64,000 nucleotides of DNA. It comes from Actinomycetota bacterium (GTDB taxonomy: Bacteria; Actinomycetota; Acidimicrobiia; Spongiisociales; UBA5794). Made by a program: the position numbers and the translations under genes. The number at the start of each line of letters is the position of its first letter. Position 1 is the stretch's first letter. The stretch is taken from contig JAADIG010000052.1 in assembly GCA_013151445.1 (NCBI GenBank), forward strand, positions 2 to 64,001, in the 5' to 3' direction. The notes beneath the pieces are model-generated. The model saw nothing but the letters and a program-made list of their open reading frames with translations, did no database searches and was not told where the DNA came from. Of the stretch, positions 28,392 to 37,170 are shown piece after piece.

Positions 28392-28522
28392 CCGGACGAT
28401 CCCCGGCTGCTCGCTTCAGGTAAGAATCCATTTGGCCGATACTGATGCCAGGCCACGGATCGGTAACTCCCCGCCGGATCCGGGCTGCACACGAGACCGC
28501 CGACGCAGGACATCACGACCCC

Positions 28523-31048
28523 ATGACTACACGCCTCCGGACGTGGAGCGCCGCAGCCGCTTTCCTCACGTTCGCCGCGCTAGTGCCGCTCACTGCCACT
28601 CCGGCAACGGCCGCTACCGACACGACCTACCTTGACGAGGGGTACGAGTCGACTCCCGCAACATGGAGCGCGGGCTGGTTTGATGCCGACATCGGTGCCC
28701 GCAACCGTATTACCTCGATCGCGGACGGTATCGACGGACAGGGCATCAAGGTAACCATTCCTCGCGATGAGCATTTCGGGTCCGCAATGCGGTGGGAGTT
28801 CGAGGCGAACGGAAAGACCGAACCGGACGAGCTCTACTACAGGTACTGGCTCCGATTCCCCATCGGTTTCGCAAACTACGGCCAGGGCAAACTTCCCGGA
28901 CCGTCGGGCCTTTACTCAAGCTCCGGCCGGAACAAGATCAAACCAAGCGACGCCAACCCGGGTTGGTCGGCGCGAATGATGTTCACATCACCCGACCCGG
29001 GACGAACCGCAACTAACACCCAGATCGGCTACTACGTGTACCACCGTGGGCAGCCCGGGTCGTCCGGAGAGACCGAGCCATGGCAGGACTCCCCTGGGGT
29101 TCTTGAGCACGGTCAGTGGTACTGCATCGAAGGCCGGGTGGCGATGAACACACCCGGTGTTGCAAACGGTGTTCTTGAAGGGTGGGTTGACGAGAAACTT
29201 GCCTACTACGAGAACGATTTCACGTTCCGAGGCGCATCGGATGCAGGCATCAACGTCCGCGAATTCTGGTTTGACACTTACTACGGCGGCGATGCGACCG
29301 CACCCGGTTCACTCTCATTCGACTTCGACGAACTAGTGCTCTCGGACCAACGCGTCGGGTGTGGCGAACGAGGATCCGGGTTCCGCGACACGAGTGGCAA
29401 CGTTCATGAGTCCAACGTCGACAAGCTGGCATTCGCCGGTATCACGAAGGGCTGTAACCCGCCGAACAATTCACGCTTCTGCCCCGATGACAACGTGAGT
29501 CGGGGCCAAATGGCGGCGTTCCTCGACCGTGCGTTAGACCTGGCGCCCACGACCACGGATTTCTTCGATGATGATGCCGGTTCGGTGTTCGAGGCGAACA
29601 TCAACCGTCTCGCCGCGTCCGGAATCACTCTCGGATGCGGGGTGAGGACATACTGCCCGAATGATCGTGTCACTCGTGGTCAGATGGCCGCCTTCCTCAC
29701 AAGGGGGCTTTCCCTCCCGACCGGAGGGTCCGACCTGTTTGTCGACGACAACGGGTCTCCGTTCGAGAACGCTATCGACAGAATGGCATCGGCCGGTATC
29801 ACGGCCGGGTGCAATCCCCCGGCCAATGACCGTTTCTGTCCGTATAACAACGTCACCCGTGGACAAATGGCGTCGTTCCTGAGTCGGGCGCTTAAGCTCC
29901 CGACCCCGCCGCCGCCGCCGCCCGGGTACGTTGCTCCGACGATCCCAGACGGTTACGACGCGGTTGTACCTCTTGGGTGGTCGATCCAGGATGTGATCGA
30001 ACAACAGCCCGCAGGAGCGAAGATTCTGGTGCGTGCCGGCACCTACGAACGCCAGGAGATCCGTCCCAAGGCCGGCCAGACGATCGTCGGAGAACCGGGA
30101 ACCAAGCTCGATGGGTTGTGGGCCTACAGCTATGCGTTCACGGACATCAACAACCCGGTAGATGGAGTGACAATCAGCGGATTCGAGGTGACGCGCTACA
30201 ACTCCGTGGCAGGGACGGGTGCGATTCACGGTGCCGGCAACAACTGGACGGTGTCGAACTGCGTCGTGCACGACAACAAATACAACGGTGTCACCGTGTC
30301 CGACGGAGGCACCATCACCGGATGCAGAATCTATGACCACAACTACGAGGCGATCATTCTCACCAATGTGAAGAACGTCACCATCTCGAACAATGAGATC
30401 GACAACAACGGTGACCCTTCCAATTATCAGGCGGGCGTCGATGCGAAGTACCAGGCCGGTATCAAGCTCGTCAACACCGCCAATGTGGTGATTTCGGGGA
30501 ACAACATCCGCGACAACGCCGGTTACGGCATCTGGGGATACACCGACAACATCAATACCGTGTATTCGAACAACACGATCACCAATAACTGGCGGGGTGG
30601 CATCAACCACGAGCTGTCCTACAGCGTGTCGATAGCAGACAACGTTATCAAGAGCAACGGTGTTGCGCCGACATCACCGAAGCCGGACAACCTCTACGAC
30701 GCCGGCATTGTTGTACGAGGACCCGATGCCACGATCACCGGGAACACACTCGACGGGAACCACAACGGCATCGGCATCATCGGCTACGACCTCGACGGGC
30801 AGACCGGTCGTTACGGGTCGCTCAAGGCGTCCGGAGCGCTTGTGAGCAACAACACCATCACCAACTCGGGACAAACCGGGGTCGTCACCAATGGTGCGAA
30901 CATTGCAACCGGCGTGTTTACCGACAACCGCTACTTCTATCCGAATGTCTCCTCCTACTGGTTCCGTGACGGCACCGGTGGTGGACGTACATGGTCTCAG
31001 TGGCAGACCAGCGGCCAGGATCCGAACGGTACGTTCACGATCAACTAA
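28523..31048 (+). CDS. Secreted enzyme: lectin/lyase-like N-domain + 3 x SLH-like repeats + right-handed beta-helix (pectate-lyase-fold) domain
   Basis: Signal peptide MTTRLRTWSAAAAFLTFAALVPLTATPATA. Three SLH-like repeats at 29381-29900. PbH1-type repeats (NNWTVSNCVVHDNKYNGVTV...ISNNEIDNNGD...ISGNNIRDNAGYGIWG). Confidence 0.8.
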   Translation: MTTRLRTWSAAAAFLTFAALVPLTATPATAATDTTYLDEGYESTPATWSAGWFDADIGARNRITSIADGIDGQGIKVTIPRDEHFGSAMRWEFEANGKTEPDELYYRYWLRFPIGFANYGQGKLPGPSGLYSSSGRNKIKPSDANPGWSARMMFTSPDPGRTATNTQIGYYVYHRGQPGSSGETEPWQDSPGVLEHGQWYCIEGRVAMNTPGVANGVLEGWVDEKLAYYENDFTFRGASDAGINVREFWFDTYYGGDATAPGSLSFDFDELVLSDQRVGCGERGSGFRDTSGNVHESNVDKLAFAGITKGCNPPNNSRFCPDDNVSRGQMAAFLDRALDLAPTTTDFFDDDAGSVFEANINRLAASGITLGCGVRTYCPNDRVTRGQMAAFLTRGLSLPTGGSDLFVDDNGSPFENAIDRMASAGITAGCNPPANDRFCPYNNVTRGQMASFLSRALKLPTPPPPPPGYVAPTIPDGYDAVVPLGWSIQDVIEQQPAGAKILVRAGTYERQEIRPKAGQTIVGEPGTKLDGLWAYSYAFTDINNPVDGVTISGFEVTRYNSVAGTGAIHGAGNNWTVSNCVVHDNKYNGVTVSDGGTITGCRIYDHNYEAIILTNVKNVTISNNEIDNNGDPSNYQAGVDAKYQAGIKLVNTANVVISGNNIRDNAGYGIWGYTDNINTVYSNNTITNNWRGGINHELSYSVSIADNVIKSNGVAPTSPKPDNLYDAGIVVRGPDATITGNTLDGNHNGIGIIGYDLDGQTGRYGSLKASGALVSNNTITNSGQTGVVTNGANIATGVFTDNRYFYPNVSSYWFRDGTGGGRTWSQWQTSGQDPNGTFTIN
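29381..29900 (+). repeat. Three tandem SLH-like repeat modules
   Basis: FRDTSGNVHESNVDKLAFAGITKGCNPPNNSRFCPDDNVSRGQMAAFLDRAL and two further copies. Confidence 0.65.
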
Positions 31049-31097
31049 AGATGTGTTCGGAAAGGGGCGACACAAGAGGGCGGAACAGGAGAACAAC

Positions 31098-31811
31098 ATG
31101 TCCCTAGCGAATCACAAGCGGCAGGCCTCGGTCAGCCTGAACCCACAAGCCATCATGGTCACGATCGGTGTGATCGTCATCGCCCTGGCTGGTGCGAACG
31201 TCGTCGTCGCACTGATCCGCCAACTCGCCGAGCAACCGGCTGCCGGCCTCGATGTATTCGACTTGAACGCCGAGCAGAGTATTTCTTCCTGGTTCTCGTC
31301 CGCCCTCCTCCTTATCGCATCGGGCCTTGCGGCTGCGATCGCAGTGAAAACAACGACCATGACATGGCGATGGGCGGGACTTGCCGCGATGTTGCTGCTC
31401 GCATCGATCGATGAAACCATCGCCGTACACGAACGACTCTCGGAACCAGTCGGGAATCTGCTGAACATCTCGGACTCGTTTCCGTTTGCTTGGGTGTTGC
31501 CGTTCATTGTGATCGGTGCCGCCCTCTTTCCCACCTATCTCGGTCTGCTCCGTTCGCTTGAACGTCAATATCAGATCCTGTTTGTTCTGTCGGCGGTGAT
31601 CTATCTCGGTGGCGCCGTGGGCCTTGAGATCATCGGTGGATTCTTGCTCAACATCTTCGGATCCGGCGTTGCGACCGAGCTTGAGGTGATCGTCGAGGAA
31701 TCAGCAGAAATGCTGGGTATGGGACTCTTCATAAGCTCCCTGTTCCAGTTGTTCAGCGTGCCAGACCTGCAAAGCGAACCAGCGCTGCAAAAAGAAGAGA
31801 CTCTCCGCTAG
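31098..31811 (+). CDS. Polytopic membrane protein (hypothetical)
   Basis: AGGAG SD 8 nt before the ATG. At least five hydrophobic helices. Confidence 0.6.
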   Translation: MSLANHKRQASVSLNPQAIMVTIGVIVIALAGANVVVALIRQLAEQPAAGLDVFDLNAEQSISSWFSSALLLIASGLAAAIAVKTTTMTWRWAGLAAMLLLASIDETIAVHERLSEPVGNLLNISDSFPFAWVLPFIVIGAALFPTYLGLLRSLERQYQILFVLSAVIYLGGAVGLEIIGGFLLNIFGSGVATELEVIVEESAEMLGMGLFISSLFQLFSVPDLQSEPALQKEETLR

Positions 31812-31822
31812 GGAGAGTCTCT
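31796..31822. terminator. Bidirectional intrinsic terminator
   Basis: 11-bp stem agagactctcc / ggagagtctct with a 5-nt loop. On the minus strand it is followed by TTCTTTTTG, directly after the tmRNA 3' end. Confidence 0.55.
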
Positions 31823-31829
31823 TTCGGTG

Positions 31830-32183
31830 TGGAGGTGGGGGGAGTCGAACCCCCGTCCTATGAGGTTTTAGCGCCGGCATCTCCGAGCGCAGCCAACAGC
31901 GAGCATTTCGGAAACATGGGACCGCCGTCGGCAAAGTTTCCCTCGTTCCTAGTCGGAATTAATCTTGAGCTCTCAGTCCCGACCCCTGAGAGCAGCATCC
32001 CGTATTGCGTTACCCGGGACCGGCGAGACGGGAACCCTCCGGGCGGATAGACCGCTTAGTTAGGCGGCCAGTGCCATGTTTTCATCGGCACGTATTTGTT
32101 TACCGGCTTTTAACGAGGACTCCGGTGTACCTCGGCTCGCTTCCGGACACTTCAACCCTCACAGTCGAAACCATGTCACCCCC
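31830..32183 (-). ncRNA. ssrA: tmRNA (SsrA)
   Basis: 5' GGGGGUGACAUGGUUUCGAC... and 3' ...GGACGGGGGUUCGACUCCCCCCACCUCCA tRNA-like ends. An internal tag ORF is present. smpB is adjacent. Confidence 0.8.
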
Positions 32184-32250
32184 AAATCTGTGGGTACGAC
32201 ACCGTTAGTGTGCAGTTGCATTGTATCAGCTCACCACGACAGTGGGGCCG

Positions 32251-32721
32251 TTACCGCCGCTCCTCGCGCAGCGCACGATCCATCTCGCGACCCTGCTCTC
32301 GGGCACGAATCGCCTGGCGTTTGTCATAACTTCGCCGGCCGCGGACCAAGGCAATTTCGATCTTTGCCCTGCCGTCACGAAAGTAGATCTTGAGCGGGAC
32401 GAGCGTGAGACCCTCTTCGTTGATACGACCCTCCAGCCGATCGATCTCCCGACGGTGCATCAACAGTTTGCGTCGACGTTCAGGGTCGTGACCACCGTCG
32501 CGAGCAAACACGTACGGTGCAATGTGCATACTCTCCAGCCAGACCTCGCCAGCGCGGATTTCCGCATAGGCATCCTTTATGACCACCTGCGAGTCCCGCA
32601 GTGACTTGACTTCCGATCCGGTGAGCACCATGCCACATTCCCAGGTGTCGAGGATGTCATAGTCATATCGGGCCCGCCGATTGGTGGCGACGGTCTTGTC
32701 GGAGTCGGTGCTCTTGGTCAC
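32251..32721 (-). CDS. smpB: SsrA-binding protein SmpB
   Basis: 156 aa with a basic C-terminal tail (…GRRSYDKRQAIRAREQGREMDRA…). Adjacent to ssrA. Confidence 0.9.
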   Translation of the reverse strand: MTKSTDSDKTVATNRRARYDYDILDTWECGMVLTGSEVKSLRDSQVVIKDAYAEIRAGEVWLESMHIAPYVFARDGGHDPERRRKLLMHRREIDRLEGRINEEGLTLVPLKIYFRDGRAKIEIALVRGRRSYDKRQAIRAREQGREMDRALREERR

Positions 32722-32726
32722 GAGGG

Positions 32727-33911
32727 CTAGAAGTACGGTACCGGGTTAACCGGTGTGCCATTAACCCTCACCTCGAAGTGAAGGTGCGGACCGGTCGAGA
32801 GACCCGATGATCCCACAAAACCGATGATGTCGCCCGCCGCGACCTGTTGACCAACCGAGACATTCACTGCCTTTTGGTGGGCGTAGAGCGTCGTCATCCC
32901 ACCGGGATGCACGATCAGTACGCTGTAGCCGTATCCACCGTTCCACCCCGCGAGCACAACCTTGCCACTTGCCGCTGCCCTGATATTTGTGCCGCGAGCA
33001 CCCGCCATGTCCAACCCGGTGTGCATGCGGGAGGTTCCAAGGATCGGGTGAATACGGGGACCGAATGGTGAGGTAATCCGGCCGGGAACGGGACGGAGAA
33101 GAACCCCGGGGGTTGTCCCGCTGGGGTTGTTGTTCTCGCGGATCAAGGCCTCGATGCGCTCACGATCCTCGACGAGGGAATCGCGGGCATTCTCATAGTG
33201 GGCGATCTGGTCTTCGATCTCGGCGAGCAGGGAAGCCTGGCGATCGAGTTCGGCGGCTTGCGCCTCCTGACGTTCGGTGACGCGGTCGCGAACGGCCGCG
33301 AGGCGTGCTTCGGTACTCGCAAGCTTTGTCACCAGCTCCGCCTGTTTCGCCTCTTCGTCATCGATGAGCTCTTGCTGACGGTCCTCTTGCTGCTCCAGAG
33401 TTTCGAGCCGAACGAACAGCTGGTCATTGCGAGCCGAAGCACGATCCAGGTACTCACCACGGACAAGCACCTCGGTGACATCCGATGCATCGAGAAGAAA
33501 CACCCGGGTGTCGGTGGCACCGTTGACGTACTCGCGCCGGGCAAGACCCACTGCGGTATCACGATTCAGATTGATCTCAGAGCTCACGGCCTCAAGCCGG
33601 GCGTAGGAGACATCGAGCCTTTGGCGCAGTGAATCAAGTGTGTCCAGGCCGCGCTCAAGATCGAGCGTAGCCCCGAGTAGTTCCGTTTCTGCTTCGCTCA
33701 GCGTGGCGTTGATTTCGTCGAGGACGCCTTCCGTTGCGAGGATCTCGTCACCGATGGCGGTCCGGTCCCCTTCCGACGCCTTGATCTCGGTCGCCATGTC
33801 ACTCAGACGTTTCTGAACTTCGTCGAGATCACCCTCAAGATCGGCACCCGCGGACACCGGTATTGCCAGTACCAGCAGAATGCTCAGAACGAGGGAAAGA
33901 CGTTTCATCAC
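32727..33911 (-). CDS. Coiled-coil M23 metallopeptidase (EnvC-like, FtsEX-associated)
   Basis: Signal peptide, ~250 aa of coiled coil, then C-terminal M23 motifs (HTGLDMAG…GSSGLSTGPHLHFEV). Confidence 0.8.
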   Translation of the reverse strand: MMKRLSLVLSILLVLAIPVSAGADLEGDLDEVQKRLSDMATEIKASEGDRTAIGDEILATEGVLDEINATLSEAETELLGATLDLERGLDTLDSLRQRLDVSYARLEAVSSEINLNRDTAVGLARREYVNGATDTRVFLLDASDVTEVLVRGEYLDRASARNDQLFVRLETLEQQEDRQQELIDDEEAKQAELVTKLASTEARLAAVRDRVTERQEAQAAELDRQASLLAEIEDQIAHYENARDSLVEDRERIEALIRENNNPSGTTPGVLLRPVPGRITSPFGPRIHPILGTSRMHTGLDMAGARGTNIRAAASGKVVLAGWNGGYGYSVLIVHPGGMTTLYAHQKAVNVSVGQQVAAGDIIGFVGSSGLSTGPHLHFEVRVNGTPVNPVPYF

Positions 33912-33914
33912 GAC

Positions 33915-34793
33915 CTACAACTTGATGCCGCGATGCAGCGTGAGACTGAGGGCACTACCAACAAACCCGACGAGCGCCCCGAAGGCGACGATCAGGATCG
34001 ACCACTGGGACAGGAAGCCGCTTCCCACGTCAATCGAAATAAGGTTGGGAAGGTCGGCCTGGAGAGCCATCCGGTACAGCATGACAATGAATCCGACCGC
34101 AAAGAGTCCGCCGAGAGTCCCCTCGACCACACCCTCAATGACGAACGGTGTCCGCACAAACCATCGGCTTGCCCCAACGAGCTGCATGATTTCTATTTCC
34201 TCGCGGCGCGCATAGATCGCCATATGAATCGTATTCGCAATGAGTGCGATTGCAGCGAATCCGAGCGCGGTGGCGAGGACCAGGGAGAATGTTTGCAGCG
34301 AGGTACGTAACGAGATCAGGCGTTTCACTGCATCGTCGGCTGAGCGCACCTGGTCGACACCGGGGAGCCCCTGGAGTTGCGCCTGAATGCGTTCGACCTC
34401 TTCCAGATCCGAGGGGGCGACCCTCAGCGATGTCGGAATGAACGAAGGATCGTCCTCCAGCAACCGCAGTTGTGATGGGTCGTTGGCGAACAATCGACGG
34501 GCCTCATCGATGGCCTGCAGCTTCGAGAAAAACACTACCGAGTCGACACCGTCCCACGCCGCAACCGCCTCGACGAGGGCGGCGGGATCCGGAACGTCAT
34601 CGCGCAAATAGGCGATGACGCGAACATCGTTGGACCACTCTTCGAGCGTGACTTCGGCGATCTGACCGAAAATCACCGATCCGAACGTGAGGAACAGCGA
34701 GATAAAGACGGCAAGGACTGCTCCGAGCACAACGACAAGGTTGCGGGAGATGTTTCGAAACGCCTCCGAGAGCATGTAGGACACACGCCTCAT
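33915..34793 (-). CDS. ftsX: Cell-division ABC permease FtsX
   Basis: Four-TM FtsX topology. ATGA overlap with ftsE. Confidence 0.85.
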   Translation of the reverse strand: MRRVSYMLSEAFRNISRNLVVVLGAVLAVFISLFLTFGSVIFGQIAEVTLEEWSNDVRVIAYLRDDVPDPAALVEAVAAWDGVDSVVFFSKLQAIDEARRLFANDPSQLRLLEDDPSFIPTSLRVAPSDLEEVERIQAQLQGLPGVDQVRSADDAVKRLISLRTSLQTFSLVLATALGFAAIALIANTIHMAIYARREEIEIMQLVGASRWFVRTPFVIEGVVEGTLGGLFAVGFIVMLYRMALQADLPNLISIDVGSGFLSQWSILIVAFGALVGFVGSALSLTLHRGIKL

Positions 34794-35869
34794 ACGGTCT
34801 CCTCCTCGGTGCCTGGGGTTTCCACATCGTCGGACTCACCGATCTCGGAAGACTCTACCGAGTCGTCGGTCGGCGGTACAGTCGTGGTGTCCCCCGAAAC
34901 AGTCGCGTCGGTCACCGCAGTGTCGGTCACCGCAGTATCGGTCACCGCAGTATCGGTCACCGCAGTATCGGTCACCGCAGCGTCGGTCACCGCAGCGTCG
35001 GTCACGGCAGCATCAGCTACCGCAGCTTCGGCTGTGACTGCTTCGGCGGCGCCGTCCTCGGTCTTGCTTGGTTTGGAGGTGTCACCGGAGATCGCGGTGT
35101 CGGGAATTGTGGTCAGTTCCGTTTCGTCACCAGGTGTGACCACAACCGGAGTCTCCTCGGTCGGTCCGATAGACACCTTGCGGCGCCTCACCGTTTGATA
35201 ACCGCCTGCATCCTGGTCACGTACGATACGGCCCCGCTCGAGTTGAACAACGCGGCGCCGCATCGCGTCGACGATGGCATGGTCGTGTGTCGCCATCACC
35301 ACGGTGGTCCCCGTCCGGTTGATTCTGTCGAGGATGCGCATAATGCCAACCGAGGTTGCTGGATCAAGGTTCCCGGTCGGTTCGTCAGCGAGGAGGATCA
35401 ACGGGCGATTCACGAACGCTCGCGCCACCGAGACCCGCTGTTGCTCGCCGCCCGATAGCTGCTTGGGATATCTGTCCGATTTCGCCGAGAGACCAACAAG
35501 TTTCAGCACCTGCGGTACCTGGGTATTGATGACGTGGCGCGGCTTGCCGGTCGCCTCAAGGGCGAATGCGACATTCTCATACACCGTCTTGTTCGGGAGT
35601 AGTTTGAAATCCTGGAACACGGTGCCGATGGATCGCCGCAACATCGGGATCTTCCAGTTGGGAAGTTTTGAGGCGTGTTTCCCGGCAACCCAGATATCAC
35701 CGTTGGTGGGTTTTTCCTCGCGCATCATCAGACGCAACATCGTTGACTTTCCAGACCCTGATGCTCCCACGAGAAACACGAAATCGCCCTTGTCAACCTC
35801 TAACGAAGCATCCTTGAGGGCAACGACGCCACCGTCATACATCTTGGTGACGTTTTGGACGCGAATCAT
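34790..35869 (-). CDS. ftsE: Cell-division ABC ATPase FtsE with ~130-aa low-complexity C-terminal extension
   Basis: Walker [24 protein letters not shown], and a tail of (AVTD[AT]) x8. Confidence 0.85.
   Translation of the reverse strand: MIRVQNVTKMYDGGVVALKDASLEVDKGDFVFLVGASGSGKSTMLRLMMREEKPTNGDIWVAGKHASKLPNWKIPMLRRSIGTVFQDFKLLPNKTVYENVAFALEATGKPRHVINTQVPQVLKLVGLSAKSDRYPKQLSGGEQQRVSVARAFVNRPLILLADEPTGNLDPATSVGIMRILDRINRTGTTVVMATHDHAIVDAMRRRVVQLERGRIVRDQDAGGYQTVRRRKVSIGPTEETPVVVTPGDETELTTIPDTAISGDTSKPSKTEDGAAEAVTAEAAVADAAVTDAAVTDAAVTDTAVTDTAVTDTAVTDTAVTDATVSGDTTTVPPTDDSVESSEIGESDDVETPGTEEETV
34901..35040. repeat. 15-bp tandem repeat (~9 copies) inside ftsE tail
   Basis: Repeat unit gtcggtcaccgcagt with variants. 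Frame-preserving unit length. Confidence 0.7.
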
Positions 35870-35993
35870 GTAGTTCCTATTTCATCTCGGAGACCCGCAG
35901 CGCACGCGGTCGCACTTTGTGTTGGTGTCCCCTCCGCCACAGAAGGGAATGCTACCGACGAGACGGGTTTAGGCCAACTGTAGTCCGGGTAGG

Positions 35994-37125
35994 TCATTCG
36001 GCTCCCTCCGAATCCGAGGTCTCGTGTTGCTCTCTGCGCCACTGCAAATACCCCTCGACGAAGGCGTCAATGTCCCCATCGAGAACGCCCTGCACGTTGC
36101 CGACCTCAACATTGGTCCGGAGATCTTTCACCATCTGATAGGGCTGCATGACATACGAACGAATCTGCCGACCCCACCCAGCTTCGGACTTGTCACCACG
36201 CACGGCGTCGATTTCCGCGATTTGAAGTTGGCGAGAATGCTCAGCCAGGCGAGAGGCAAGGATCTGCATTGCACGATTCTTGTTCTGAAGCTGCGACCGC
36301 TCGTTCTGGCAGGCGACAACGATCCCGGTAGGCAGATGCGTGATCCGGACCGCAGAATCCGAGGTGTTGACATGCTGCCCCCCGGCCCCCTGCGAGCGAA
36401 ATGTGTCGATCCGAAGATCGTCCTGGTTGATCTCGATCTCATTCGCCCCGATTTCAGGAACCACATCGACACCCGCAAAGCTTGTGTGTCGTCGAGCCTG
36501 GGAGTCGAACGGTGAGATGCGTACCAACCGATGGGTTCCGCGCTCGCTCTCGAAGATGCCATACGCATGGTCACCGCTGATCGTTACCGTCGCCGACTTG
36601 ATCCCCGCCTCATCGCCCGCCTGAATCTCGTCGATAACAAACTGCAGGGGGCTGCGCTCCAGGTAGCGCACATACATTCGCAGCAGAATCTCCGCCCAGT
36701 CCTGAGCATCGACTCCACCAGCGCCAGCGTGCACGCTCAGGATGGCAGTTCGGTCGTCGTACTCGCCGAAATACAGTGTCTCTCTTTCGAGCTCCGCAAC
36801 CGTCACTCCAAGCGTTGCGAGCTCGGCAACCAGTTCGGCCTCGGAGTCGGTGTCACCCTCTTCGATCGCGAGTTCGAGCAGCGTCTCGGTATCGTCCAGA
36901 GTTTCGGCGAGACCGCCGACCCGCTCGATGATGCCCTCGAACCGAGAGAGCCTTCGAGTGACGGTGCGGGCGCGCTGGGGGTCTTCCCACAGATCCGGCT
37001 GTGCTGCGATCTCCCGCAACGTTTCGAGCTCAACTTCCTTGCCCGGGATGTCAAAGGAACCTCCGGGCATCGTCAAGACGGGCACGCAGTTCGTTGATCT
37101 GGGCATGGGGATCAGAAACATTCAT
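35994..37125 (-). CDS. prfB: Peptide chain release factor 2, with programmed +1 frameshift
   Basis: Frame 0 reads MNVSDPHAQINELRARLDDARRFL and ends at the minus-strand motif GGAGG-TTC-CTT-TGA-C (37051-37056). The +1 frame continues DIPGKEVELETL...SPFDSQARRHTSFAGV...GGQHVNT. Confidence 0.85.
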
Positions 37126-37170
37126 AACAGGCGCGATGGTAACCACATGACACGAGGCCGCGATGTCGCG

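Noticed and set aside
34901-35040. Possible CRISPR-like short repeat array
   Set aside because: 15-bp head-to-tail repeats without spacers, inside a coding region. Simple tandem repeat, not CRISPR.
37030-37121. MFLIPMPRS… N-terminus of listed prfB ORF
   Set aside because: Out-of-frame extension. The real N-terminus is in frame 0 and joins via the CTT-TGA-C +1 frameshift.
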